Part shown: positions 13,395 to 26,400 of the stretch, piece after piece | Numbering within the stretch: the stretch's first letter is position 1 | Layout: every line of letters begins with the position of its first letter | Assembly (NCBI GenBank): GCA_046563655.1 | Contig: CM102290.1 | Location: 4,526,001 to 4,590,000 of the forward strand | Direction: 5' to 3' | Source of the DNA: Yuukianura sp. NJ FZ-2021 | Lineage: Eukaryota | Length of the DNA stretch: 64,000 nt | Position numbers and translations under genes: made by a program | Notes under the pieces: model-generated | Seen by the model: only the letters and a program-made list of their open reading frames with translations | What the model was told of the DNA's origin: nothing | Database searches by the model: none

Positions 13395-15258
13395 CCTCAG
13401 GAAAAGCAACCTCGCTTGTCGCTTGCAAGCGCATTGGAAAAATAATACTTTTTAAACTATATCGGTTAATCAATTCATCGGCCCAAATCTAATTTAATTT
13501 AGTTTGGGAAGTGTAGAAAAACAGCGTAAAAGTGGTGAAATAGTTAACAATTTCCTGAATTTCGAACATATATTGAAATTTCAGTTCGTCTGAGCCTCAG
13601 CATTGGATATGTTGATGAAAATAGAAAGAGAGATCGACACAGCAGAGAAAGGGTGTGTCTCAAATGGGGAGTTGGTTTTTGGTTTTTCGCCAACCAATCC
13701 CCGCCAGCCATCGGAAACACAATGAATTTGAAACACAGAAACTTTAGGAAGCCTTCAATTGTTCCTTCTTTTTTCGGTTTGGAAACCCTCAAACCGAAAC
13801 TACTTTTATGAAAAAGATTGAACAGAATACTGTCAAAAGGAATTTCGATTTTCCTATCCAAACAAATCATAAATTCAATTTGAGTGCTTTCAACTTAGCA
13901 TTTCTTGGGATAAGTACGTCTTTGGTTCAAGTTCCTGTAAAATTGAATTTCTGCTTTAGTCATTCGAAGTAACCTTAAATAATAGACGCCTTCTTGAACT
14001 CAACAACATCGTAAGTTACGATTCGTAACATTTACGTACGGAGTTATATAACGAGGGTAATTGGCTGTTGAACAAATTCAATAGAACTCCTTGGAATTTT
14101 GGATCTTGGCAACCTTTGGTAATACCGAATTTTATTTGAGAGAGTTATGGTTCCAATGGACTGAATAACCTTAAGAACAAGCGTAACTTCAAGTATTTTT
14201 TTAGTTTTTTACTTCACGTGCGCAGATTAGGGATTGGGGAGATGAATCAATTTCGAGGAAATGGGAAGTGAAAGTGAAGGAAGCCTTAGGAAAAGCAGTT
14301 GAAAGAGAAAGGGAAATGGAATCCAAAGGGAAAGTTAATGAAAGTCTAGCGAACAGATTTGTATTTTGTCTCAGGGCGTTCCTACGGCTTGACTCCAGTG
14401 CTCGAACCAAATCGTCGGCTCAGTGGTCACATGCAACTTGCTCAAAGCATAACAGTATATATTCGGCGGAAACATTAGAAAGTTCAGCTTTCTGTTGACC
14501 TTTTCGTAGTTGCACAAGTTGAGCGATCTTGATGCAGAGTTCCAAGTCTCAAAGATGAAAAAGTACCAAAATCTTGAAAGTGCACAACAATAGAGCCCAA
14601 ACTTTCAATTTCTGAGCTTAAAATAAAATATAAACCCCAAAGTTTTTGAATCGCGAACTTTCACAACGAAGTTTTACAATTTACCACGCAAAAACTCTCG
14701 ATAGAAATACCTCATCGTCTTCAAGGAAAAAGTTTATTTTATAGTCAGAGTGAAAGTTCATGCGAACTGCACAAACCCAAGCATTCATGTAAAAAATTTC
14801 ATTTGTCATTATTTCATTTGTCGTTATTTGTCATATCTCAATTGGGTAGTTTTGAACACACATCAAGTTCTGTAATAGTTCAAAGTTACATGTGGAGCTC
14901 TGCATGTTGCTTTGGTGGGCAGTTAGTATTTACCTGTTGTTAATTACGTCATGGGATTCTGTGGATGAAGTAATTAGTTACTTTGGAAAGTGAGGAAGCC
15001 ATACTTGGGGATTTCAATCTTTAGATGATTAATTTTTGGAAAATCTTTCCCTCCTTTCTCTTTTCAACTGTAATTGAGTCCTATACGCTCTTGATAACGT
15101 TGTATAACGTTGCATAACTTGGACTTATATTACAGCTTTTGAGCAGAGGCTGCATCCAGCGACGCGCAGCGATTTCGGAAAAGATGGATGACTGCTACTG
15201 CTGGGAGTAGAAGCAGGCGGAGTCAACTTGAATCCCGCTGGAAATAAAAGCAGGCAGG

Positions 15259-18122
15259 ATGGAAACACTCTTGGAAGAAAGTTCACTCTGGACATGTGGA
15301 GACTTCAACTGCTTCAATTCAGAGGACATTTTCAGTTTGACCTCGAACATGACAGGGTTTAGTTTGTCACCTTTTGACCCCGAACTGCTGCCCACCGCCC
15401 TCACTCCATCCACCGACAGTTACAAGTGAGCCAAGGACAAGTTAACCTCAAGTACACTTGAGCAATTCAAGATTTAGAAGCAACGCAGTGCTTTCTATCC
15501 TTTACACTTTCACTTGTGCACGTTCCTTGAAGCAAGCACTAGAGCTTAGCCCTTGACCTTTGACATGGAGTAGCAACAATGTACGCACGAACGTATCAGG
15601 AGCAGAGGAACATTTATGAACATCTCAAACTAATTGACAGGTATTATAGTCACTTTAGCCGCCAATGCTTTGTGCCACTTCAGTGTCAACTGTCATCTTA
15701 AGCTGGATGTTTTATGTTAACACGTTCTAAACTGTATGGGTTGGTGATTGTCCTACGTTGGCTCTGAACTGCTTAACGTTGTTGGTAATTAACTTTCATT
15801 CAGCTTTCTGAAAAACTGAATTTAAAAATCAAGAATTTTAAAAATTTCGATTTGGAACGTTTTTTTTTACAGCAACTCAAATTTTAGGGAAGCATTGTCG
15901 TGAAGTTGTTAAAATAAACTAAGTTGCTAGTTGGAGTTTGCTTTGCCAGTTTGTCGTTGACTGTTTCCTGCTTAAGTGCTTGTATTGAAATTCGTAAAGT
16001 CCTAACTAAAGTGTCCTTGTTGAATTTGAGGGAGAATCAATTGCTGCGAGACAAAAGTGATCTTCCGGATGTCCTATTCTCTTTCAAAGGGTCACCACAA
16101 GTAGGCCTCACTGTGGGTCCAGGTCAAGGGTCCCCAATGCCCTATGGGAACTCATACAACGGATCCCAGCAGGTTAGACAGACACTTAATACGTAATTTT
16201 TAGACATGAAGTTTTAAACGCAAAGTTTTAATGTCGACATACATGAAACGTAACACAGGCAGTGACAAGATTTAAGCCTAGTTAAACCTTGTATGACTAT
16301 TTTTTTCAGATGCTGTCTCCCAATGGCTACTCCCCAAACTACTGTATCGAACAATCATTTGGTCCAAATGGAAACGGCAACGGGTCCAACTTTCCAGCCA
16401 CATTTCCAGCGATGAGTGTCAACGTCTCGATGAACATGACGATGGGATACTTACCAACAGAGGCCTCACTGCCGCTTCAGCACCAAGTAAACTGATTTAA
16501 GTAGTTCCTTTAAGTGACAACTCCTAAATTTCTAACAACTTTTAAGTTTAAAAATGCTTTCTGAAATTTTAAATTTTGAAATTTTTAAGTTGTATTGCCA
16601 GATGCGACTGAATTTCTTACAACTTGAGTTGGGAAATGGTTTCTGAAATTTTAAATTTTAAATTTTGAAATTGTATTGCCAGATGCAATGGCCGACAGGA
16701 GGGAGTGGTCATATGGGAGCACAATCCACACCGTCGTATTCCTCCTACGGCACGTCGCCTAACCAGAACTATTGTCACCAACCTTACAGCGCCACCTACA
16801 GCTTCGCTGCTGATTTCCGCCCAGAGTCTTCCCTCGATTGCCGGCGGTCACAGTGGATCCCACCGCCATCTATTCTTCACTCAAATGGTATTTCACCAGG
16901 CAATAGGTCATTCACCTCTTCTAAGAAACAAAGGTCCACCAGTAAGTCATGTGATTAGTAATTAACTTATAGTAAACGCACTGTGATTATAGTATGTTGC
17001 ATACTAAAAACATAAACTTAAATTGTACACCTAGAAAAGTTACGGATTTTGTTGTTTGAATTTATATGCCAGAGAAAAAATTTTTTAACCATTTGAAAAT
17101 TTCTTCTTACTTACGAGTCAGTTTATCGAGTTGTTTCGTCCATATATCTCCCTTCCAATTTTTTTGAAACTTGGCGATGAGCATATTTTTTGAGTTGTAG
17201 TGAAGGAAGAATCTGTTTATTAATTTTTTTTGTTAGTCCCCCATTAATTTTCCGTAATTTTTGTAGCAGCAGACATTAAATGCTTACTACTAACCCGAAT
17301 TTAAAAAAAAATATTTCTGGCATTTTTTAAAACTTTCCGAACAATTTCCAACGATTTCAAGGAAATCAATTTCTCACCCATATTCCTGTTTTCACCCGGA
17401 ACATAAAGTTTTCTTACCGCTTAAAATTTCTTGAAGTATTTGGAATTTTCTTTTCTCCTTTTTGCAGATTTTATGTTTTATGACACATTTCCCAATGTTT
17501 TCTGACAAGAAGAGATTTTACCCCAAGAATCCCGACTTCGCGTTTATTGGACTTTGACCTAATGCCAGACTAGTTTACACTAATAATTTATATTTTTTAT
17601 TGTTTTCATTTTTCCATTAGTTATTTGACAAAAATTGTACAACTTTTTACAGGGTCCTCCGAGAGCCTGAGTCCTTCCATGGGTAGTTTTGGTTCAAAAT
17701 CGAATCTCTGTCGAATCTGTGGAAAAACCTACGCACGTCCATCCACCCTCAAAACTCATCTGAGGACCCATTCAGGGGAAAAACCTTACCGCTGCGCAGA
17801 GTGCCACAAGTCCTTCAGCCAAGCTGCCAATCTAACTGCGCATGTCCGAACACACTCTGGGGAAAAGCCATTCCGCTGTCCGATTTGCGACAGGAAGTTT
17901 TCACAGAGTTCCTCAGTGACGACGCACATGCGCACACACTCTGGCGAACGTCCTTATAGATGTCGCCTGTGCAAAAAAGCATTTTCAGACTCCTCAACGC
18001 TCACTAAGCACCTTCGAATTCACTCAGGAGAAAAACCGTATCAGTGCAAAATCTGTCTTCTCAGATTCTCACAGTCCGGCAACCTCAATCGGCACATGCG
18101 CGTTCATGCCAGTCCGTCATAA
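15259..18122 (+). CDS. gl: Glass C2H2 zinc-finger transcription factor, about 404 aa
   Basis: Exons 15259-15425, 16031-16172, 16310-16486, 16683-16941, 17653-18122 (1215 nt, in frame). Five fingers match Glass as I recall it ([23 protein letters not shown] ... [10 protein letters not shown] ... [10 protein letters not shown] ... [10 protein letters not shown] ... [17 protein letters not shown]), plus the Glass motifs DVLFSFK and [11 protein letters not shown]. The first coding exon is less certain than the rest. Confidence 0.93.
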
Positions 18123-20231
18123 AACCCGGGAATTTTTAATTTTGAAAATTCAAAAAAACACACTCTACTTATTACGCAGTCGATTCTAGTCGGTCAACCT
18201 TCCTTGCCTGTTCTGTTCTGATTTTTCAACGATAACAAAATAGACTTAAAATCTCTACATTTAAGGCAACTTATCTAATAAAACTGCAATGTTTAAAATA
18301 AATTTTGAATAAACTTCAGTACAGAAACAAGAAATTTTGATATCGTTGTTTGTCAACTTAGAACACAGTTACTCTTTTAAAGAAAAATCCACATCGCAAA
18401 AGGCATGACAAATAGCGCTCTCTTATGTTTCTTTTTTGATTTTGTATAATGGTTTATTATTGCTTTATTTACAACTTGTTACACTTGAACACTTGCATTC
18501 CCTTCTAACAATTTTTTTGAAAGATGGCTACCTACTGTAAGTGTATAGCATCCTTCCTTGAGTAAATCACAACAAAAGAACCTTATGCAATGAGTTTTAT
18601 TCCTTGAGTAGTAAGTGGGTCATGCTGTAGGTCATGACCTGAGAGCATAATTAACAACTATAGGAACAGATCAAAACAATAGAAACAGAATCAAAGTGTC
18701 TCCTTTGTACTGTAAGGTTTTTAGTGTTCCATTTCTACATAGTGTTCGTGGGCTTGACTTGGTAAGACCTACGAAATACATTCCCAAAACAACTTTCTAA
18801 ATAATTTGAAACCTCTCATTCTTAGACACAAAGTGACTCTCAACTCCATTTACAACACTACATAAGTATATAACAAACGACAACGTTACAGTAATCATAA
18901 CAATTAAGTAATAACGAGGGACTTTAACTTCCATTTCCATTCCTTTTCATTCTGTCCTAGACATCAAAAACAGAAAAATCAACAACTAGATGCTATCACA
19001 AGAGTTTCATGTGATTGATGCTATTAAAATTGCGCTTCCATGTTAATCCTTAACTATATAAGTACACTAAAACTAGGTCTATTTTGAAACCATAATAAGA
19101 GGAATTAAATGCGTAATTTAACTTTTTTTTATAATTCGTTATTAAGGTGTCATGTAAAACGACTTATTGTTAGGTTGACGGGTAACCATAACCTTGTTCC
19201 TTGCATTTTATTCCCAAGCGGGACTACAAAAATTCCCACTTTACTTTCTCTTACTTTCCCCAAAGGAAAACTCCTGTTCAAAAATTTTTGAAATTTGTCA
19301 ACGTCATTGATTAGAAAAAATTTGCCGATATCGCGCAGTGACCAGTATCGGCAATAGTCAACATTCACTATTCAATCCTACGGTAGTTACTTCGTATAAA
19401 ATTTTCAATGCCAATTACACAAAAAAAAGTTCAAAATATTTACGTTTTAGAAACTGCTGAGAAAGTTAAACACCAATTGCTGCAAATGAATTGGAGGCTT
19501 AGTTTCAAAAATACGTCTTCTAGAAACAACATTTTCAAAATTGTAACGTTGCTGAGATTGGTAATTTTCTAAATTGTCAAATCCAATTTTCCACATTGTC
19601 CGGGTTATAATTAGATAATTTTTAGACGAAGGATTAAAAGTAAAATTAAAATTTAACTATATGCATACGCTGTCTAACCGAATGACGGATTTGGACTAAA
19701 GTTTGTCTAGAACTGGACACTTTGAGTCTGTATAGTAAAGTATATTGCTTCTTTTTCATATTTTGAATCCATTTTGAGCTAAGTTCTTCATTTTATACAA
19801 AAGAATGACCATATTACATATTTAAGTAGTTACTAATCACAATTCGTTGTATTTTGCTGTGTTAATCAAAGTGGACTCGACACGCAACAACGGTAGCTCA
19901 CAAATTTCTAAAATTTTCTAGTAAGTTTCTGCTAAAAAAACGAAGAATCAAGATCAAATTAAAGCTTTCGTTTCTGAATCATTAAATTAAGGCTTCCACA
20001 GTTCAATTATTGCTACAAATATTAAGTAGTCAAAGGCAAAGATCTACTTTCTTCCTAGGTCTCTCAAAATTTCCGTATTTTTTTGAAACTCATTTTGGTA
20101 GAACTTGAACTTGGCTAATGTTTAGGCCGTATAAGTTTCTGCTAAAAGTTTACCTCTGAATGCTTAATTAACCTTAAGTTTTATCATTAGTCATCAACCT
20201 ATTGCTGGTTTTACGAGCGTTTTGCCATCAA

Positions 20232-20247
20232 TAGCGCCCTCTGCTGG
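20232..20247 (-). promoter_or_regulatory. CTCF-type consensus motif (candidate insulator)
   Basis: Minus strand reads CCAGCAGAGGGCGCTA, which matches the core CTCF consensus CCASYAGRKGGCRS. Confidence 0.55.
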
Positions 20248-20463
20248 GTTTTAGTAAGACTTTTGTGTTCTCACGAATTCCTGAATCTCAAGGGTTATGT
20301 AGGTACGCTTCACATTCCGTAAGTCATAAACTGAAAAGTCTAAGGATATTTAAAAGTCTACAAGTGTAACTACTCGATGGTTTTGGTGGGTCAACTACGT
20401 CGATGTTTCATCAACGGTGTGACGTATAAGTATGACATCGGGCATTTGTTGTTTGAAGTGAAA

Positions 20464-23400
20464 CTATGTTTTCTGAGCCGTGGACACGGAAGGATTAGAC
20501 GTGGAACCGGAGCCGTTGGGTGTGACGGATGAAATCCGCGGCGGTGTTTCTGGTGGTTGTGTATGATGGTGGTGGTGGTGGTGGACTGGGGATGAAGAGT
20601 TACCACTGCCACCACTTGACCCTTCCATGTCACTCCCATGCACAACCACACTGAAGTACCTCTCTGAAACAACACAAGAGTCATCTAGCACTTGTTACCG
20701 TTCATTTTCAAAATCGCTTCCAGCATTTAAAACATTTCCGGTTAAGATCCATGCAACAAAGATAAGGTAATGCTCAAAAATCATTCCATTGAAAATCAAA
20801 ATCTTTAAGGCGGAACCAGATTCTGCTCGGAAATGTTGCTCAACAGGAAGTGTTAATAAGCAATCAACAGCTTCAGTTCCAGCCACAAACCATCGAATCA
20901 TAAAACTGCGCGTGGCGTGAAGCGCTTGAGAATCGCTGGGTAGCAGGCGCTGGAAGCGACAAGACGAAGTTTATGATTTTGTAGATGCAAGATAAGTTAC
21001 TTACAGTTTAGGTTTAAGAGAGGGTCGGATTACAGCCGCTGAAATTGATTTTGAACTCCCATTAAATTGCATCATCAACACTTTTGGTTGTGAAGGAACA
21101 AACAGAGCGACAACACAAAGGTTAACAAACACAAACGAGCAATATGGTATAGAAGAACAACAAAGAACGAAATCAAAAGATGTCGGAGATACATAATAGT
21201 AAGGGTTGTGGTGAGTTAGTAGTAACAAAACAATAAGTTCGGCATTGAGTCTGCGCAGTCCCGTTTTTTCGTTTTGATTTGACTCTGGTCACGTGCATTT
21301 TCAAACAAAAAGCCATACACAGAAGTTCCAGTGAATCAAGGGGGTTAGGGTGACATTATGTCTTGAGTGGGGGGTTTTTAGGAGTCGTTGGACTCACCGT
21401 CGTCAATGAGTGTTACGTTAGTTGGTTCCGCTGGCCCGGGCATCAGCGAAGAGACCATGGAGTAGTCAATGTTCTCGTCGAGATTTATAAATGGCGGAGT
21501 GTTCCAGCGAGAGAGGGGGGTTGACCTTGGGGGGCCAGAGTTCCTGCCACTCGAACTGTTGCTTGATGGGAAGAGACTCAGATTGGTGGGACTAATGACT
21601 CCTGACATGCCGCCCATCTCTCCACGGGCATTCATGTTGTTGTAGCTAAACAACTGAAACGTCATAACACAAGTCAGTGACATTTTTCTAAATATATGGA
21701 TTAATATTTCACCTCATTCTCTAAATAAGCAACTAAAAATCTCAGCCCTTTCTCCATTTCTTGTCGTGGGCCTCAGTGCGGCTTCCTTTAAAGCAGCACT
21801 GAGGCCTCATTGAAAAGAAATGGAGAAAGGTTTGAGGCTTTCAGTTGCTTATTTAGAGAATGTACTGTAATTATTGATAGAATTCAGACTGTACCTGTCC
21901 AGATGACTGAGAATGGAGATGACTAAGGGTGTAGTCTCGTGAGACGGAATAGGGAGAGCGTGACGAGGGCGAGAGGTCGTTGCCGGTGGGGCTGATGGAG
22001 CCACGAGAGTCTCGTGCACTGTTGCTGGACTCGTTGGAGTTGAGTGGTGGCGTGTTGGACGAGGGTGGGGAGTTGCCGAGGCCTGAAGCCCCACCGACGT
22101 CAGTTGAGCGGATGATGGTCACTGGTCTGGCCATCGGTCCAGAAGGCGGTGGTGGTGGAAGCATGGAACTGCTGTAGTAGGCTGAGAGCTTGCTATTCAA
22201 ACGAATATTCCCAACCTGGAAAAGTATATACAAGAGGTAAATGACTCTTTCAATCAATAATTCATCCGATTCCGACCAATAGGCTTACCTGACTTCCGGG
22301 AACTGACGTATCTTGACATACCAGAGTGACAAAGTCGGAGAAGGTGTCATGACCATTTTCATGATATTTGCTAGGACTTGCGTGGTGGTCATGAGCAGAA
22401 TCAGTGTGGTAGTAGGAACTGCCTCCGCCTGAGAGGCTTCCAGGACCAAGACTCGTCACGCCACTGTGCTGTCCAAGTCCTGGAAAATATTTTCAAAAAA
22501 TAAGTTTTTCATGATCCTAACAAAAATTGAAACATTTTCACTCCTGCCCTGTCCAACACCATAATTTGTGCGTCAAGCCTCAATTGCCTAGTCTTAGCAA
22601 GCTTTCCCTCCCCACCACCCACCCAATGTTGTTTAAACTTAATTTTTGTTTATTTTTTTAACAGGTTATGCCATAACTCCAATTCTTTAAAAATTGTTTG
22701 TTTTGATTTTTTTTTCGTGGATTTGTTGACCTGACACCTTATAAAAGCAAATGGGATTCGTACAAAAGTTATTTTTTTCGTAATCTTTTGGGAAAAAAAA
22801 GTGAGTTATGGCATAACCTGTTACCGCATTTGTATAAATGGGCGCTATAGCAACCTTGCCACCACCTAAGCTTCCATCACCGCCTAGTGTTTCTGGAACG
22901 TACCCGTCGATTGCCTAACACTTCGACCAACAGCAGCAGCATTGGAGCGAACCGTGGTAGCAAAGGCCTGGTAGGCGCTGGAGTTGTTGTCTGTAGAATG
23001 GATTCTGGTTGGCTTCGAGAGGCCGCTCGTAGAGGGCGTCTTTTCTGCGTGCCCCTGGAGGCTGGAGCTGGAATGGTGGTTGGTGTTATGGGGTCCATTG
23101 CCATGATTACTGTTGTGGTTGTGGCCGTGGTTGTTGGAAGGTTGCCGAGTAGAGTGATGGAGTCCTATGTGGGTAATGTGGATACATAAATTAACTTCCT
23201 AACTTCCCACATTGGAAAGCATCCCTAAACAGTCCGCGCTAATCACCCCCTGACCTGACCTTCCCCATAACCACCACAAATTAATTCCAACATTTTGTTA
23301 CTCCATGACTTCCCTAACTGAAAACCTAACGTCAGCATTTTTCAACCCTATAAACATTTTAAATATTTTGAAACATTTTAAAATGTTTTCAAAGAATTGT

Positions 23401-26400
23401 GCAAGAATTCTGAAAACTGAGTTCTAAAAGTCGAACCTAACCTAACAAAATACAGAAAAATGAAAATGTGAGCCGAATTATTTTTGACCCACAGCGCTAC
23501 TGACCATGATCCACTTCGGAGTGCCAACTGGCTTGGCTGGAGAGGGATGCTGGGCTTTGGCCGTAGTAGGTCACTTCACCCCCCTTGTCCCGACCACTTC
23601 CGCCACTGACCTCGAGTGGATCTTCTTCCGAGCTCAGTCTTCTCCTCTTGTTCCTGTGTTCAGAAGGGGGACTAGGCAGATTCCGGGGCAAGGCTAATGG
23701 ACCTACAAACACAAACACACTGTAGTCCTATTCAAAACATTTTAAAAGTACTGCCGAACCGGAAGGGACCCCTTACGAGTCCAACCAACGAGCAGTTTCT
23801 ACCAAAATGTGACATAACTTCCCTACTGTACGTCGTTAGCATTATGCAGCGATTTACACTTAAATAGCTGCATAAGTGTGGTATTGACCTTTTCCGCTTT
23901 TCAGTTCTTCCGGTTGCACTGGCGAATATTTTTGTTTGGAAAAAGTAAAAGTAGCACAGTATTTTTTAGAACCAAAGTTGAACAGAGTTTCTTACTGTAG
24001 TTGCCTGGCCCAAGGATAGCGGAGTGATCGGAGCCAGGCGGCGTGTAGCTGTTACAGTAGTAGCTACTTGGATTTTCAATTTTGATTGTAGGCTGAATTC
24101 CATTGGGACCTTGAACAATAGATGCTGTAATCAAACCAGGCAAAATTTAATGTTAACTTAAAAAGAAATCATAATTGGAAAAAACAAAGCAGTCTACAAG
24201 CGTTAATTCAACACACTTTCATATTTTCTATTTTTTAAGTAACAATTTTTCCGTGATTGTGCGTGATTGTCATTCAGTTTTTGTTTTTTTCTGCGCAGAA
24301 TCCAATTCGCAGTAAAGAATCGGTTTAATTCAAAAGAAAACGGGACAGATTTTGACAAAGGTCGACATTAGATGAGAGTGGAGATAGATTTGATCAAGTT
24401 TAGGATTGGGATGGGATGGGAGACAATGGAGAAAGTTAGCATATGAATCTTTCATTTGGTGAATATAGAATTGGAATGAAGGGAGGAATAAGTCCTACTT
24501 TTGTTGAAGTAGACAGTAAATTGCATCTTGTGTCATCCGCTGTCTCCACTTTCCAAGACAACCATATCCCCTTCAAATGTAGTCACACACACGAGAGACT
24601 TATGAGGTGAACACGGTTGTGCCTCCCCATTTTTATGTATTTCTTCTGACTCCGTCCACGCCCTTACAACAAATCCTCCACTTCCTACAAAGATCAATTT
24701 TCAACCAACTTTCTCTTCCTTTCTGAATACGATCTCATTCAACCGCATCTGAATTTGTCTCCAAATTTCAAAAAAAAAAAAAACGTGAGGATAGACATGA
24801 AGAGTGCGTAGGTCAATCAGTTCCTATCTGCTCTCCATGAAAACGTCAGCCGACAAGTCATTTCCAGCTTTCACTTTCACTCACTCCGAATTTTCAAATA
24901 AAACAGATACTCAAAACAAGCCGAAAACTTTGATTTTGCAAACGATTGATTATTTCTTGCTCCATTTTTGTTTAAATTTAAGAGAACAGGAAAACCAGAA
25001 AATCTTTGCTACAACAAACGAAACTACGGAAAATTCTAACCGATGTTTCTGCCGTATTGTCTGTAACGTGAAAAATTGCGCAAATGGATTCGGCCAAATC
25101 GTGCCGCCGTGGTTTTGTCACCTCATTCTCCAAGTAGGTCACAACGTATAACTCTGATAGATATGCGACTAGGACAAGGATGACACTTGATTCGGGACAA
25201 GACTAATCGTCGCTAAGGGACTCCTAAGCTGATACGTATTAGTGGAATGGATAGGGACAGGGGATGGGATTGATTTGATTAAAACATCAAATTGTGCCAA
25301 ATGAAATGGGACAGGATGAGGTTTGGGGCGGAATGGGTGAAAGACAGAGAAAATCCAACCCCTGCCTTCCTACAAGGGGAAAGTCCGTATTTGAAAGATG
25401 AAAAGACAAGAGCTAAACTGCTACTCCGCAACATTCCCGGCTTCTCGGAGCATTAGATTTCCATAGTGAACCCATAAAGGAATCCAAGTGTATCTTCCCT
25501 TCCTCGGGAAGCAAATCTTTACTAAACTTCGAGACTACAAATCACTTTCCACGATTCTTCTTTCTCTTCTACAGGCACAACTACACAGTTCTTTCCCTTG
25601 ACACAAGTCTAAGTCCTCTGGACAATTCATCATCTATGACTCCCTCTCGGCACAACAAGTATTTCCACAACTGACAAACCAAAATTTGACTCAATCAAGT
25701 CAAGTAAAAAATTTAGAAGATTTTCAAAACAATTAGAAACTGACGAGTGCAAACTTTAGTTTCGTTTCGAATTTTTAACTTCGATGGGCAACTTGGCAGA
25801 ATGAAAAATATTTTAACTTTTGAATCAACGTTTCTTGAATTTTGAAAATGTTGAATTTGGAATTGTTAAATCAAAATCCTTCGTTATGAAAAATTGTCGT
25901 TGTTTACAGAATCATGCAGGTCGACAGCTTCGGTTTGGGATGTTAGGTTTTTAAAAAATTAGAAACTGAAGACAACAGGCGAATTTGATCATTGATTTTG
26001 CTATTTGTGAATTTTTAGTATAGAAGGTACAAATGTATGTTTGATGATGGAGTAATGTAGGGTGAGCTGGGTCAGAGTTATGACCCCAGGAACTCGTCAA
26101 CTTTGTGTCTGTGCCTCCTGGAGTGGTGGTTAGAAAACCGCATACTGACTGTGGCTCTAGTAGTCCCACCCAAAAACTGCTTAGTTAAATGGCTAGTAAA
26201 GGAGACACCATTTGTCATCAATTCCTACACACAACATTTAGCCACCCAATGCATATACAACAGACCATAAAAGCCTCTGATGATACCATCATGAAATTAC
26301 TAACGCTCACAGCTTTCCCAACTTTCACTCCCACCATCCACCCACCGAATATCCATACTCCCATCATCATCCACACGCACCGCCACAACGACACAAGTCC

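Noticed and set aside
14797..15118. Short tandem duplications (tttcatttgtcatta twice; ataacgttgt about 2.5 times)
   Set aside because: Ordinary slippage repeats; not CRISPR-like because there are no unique spacers.
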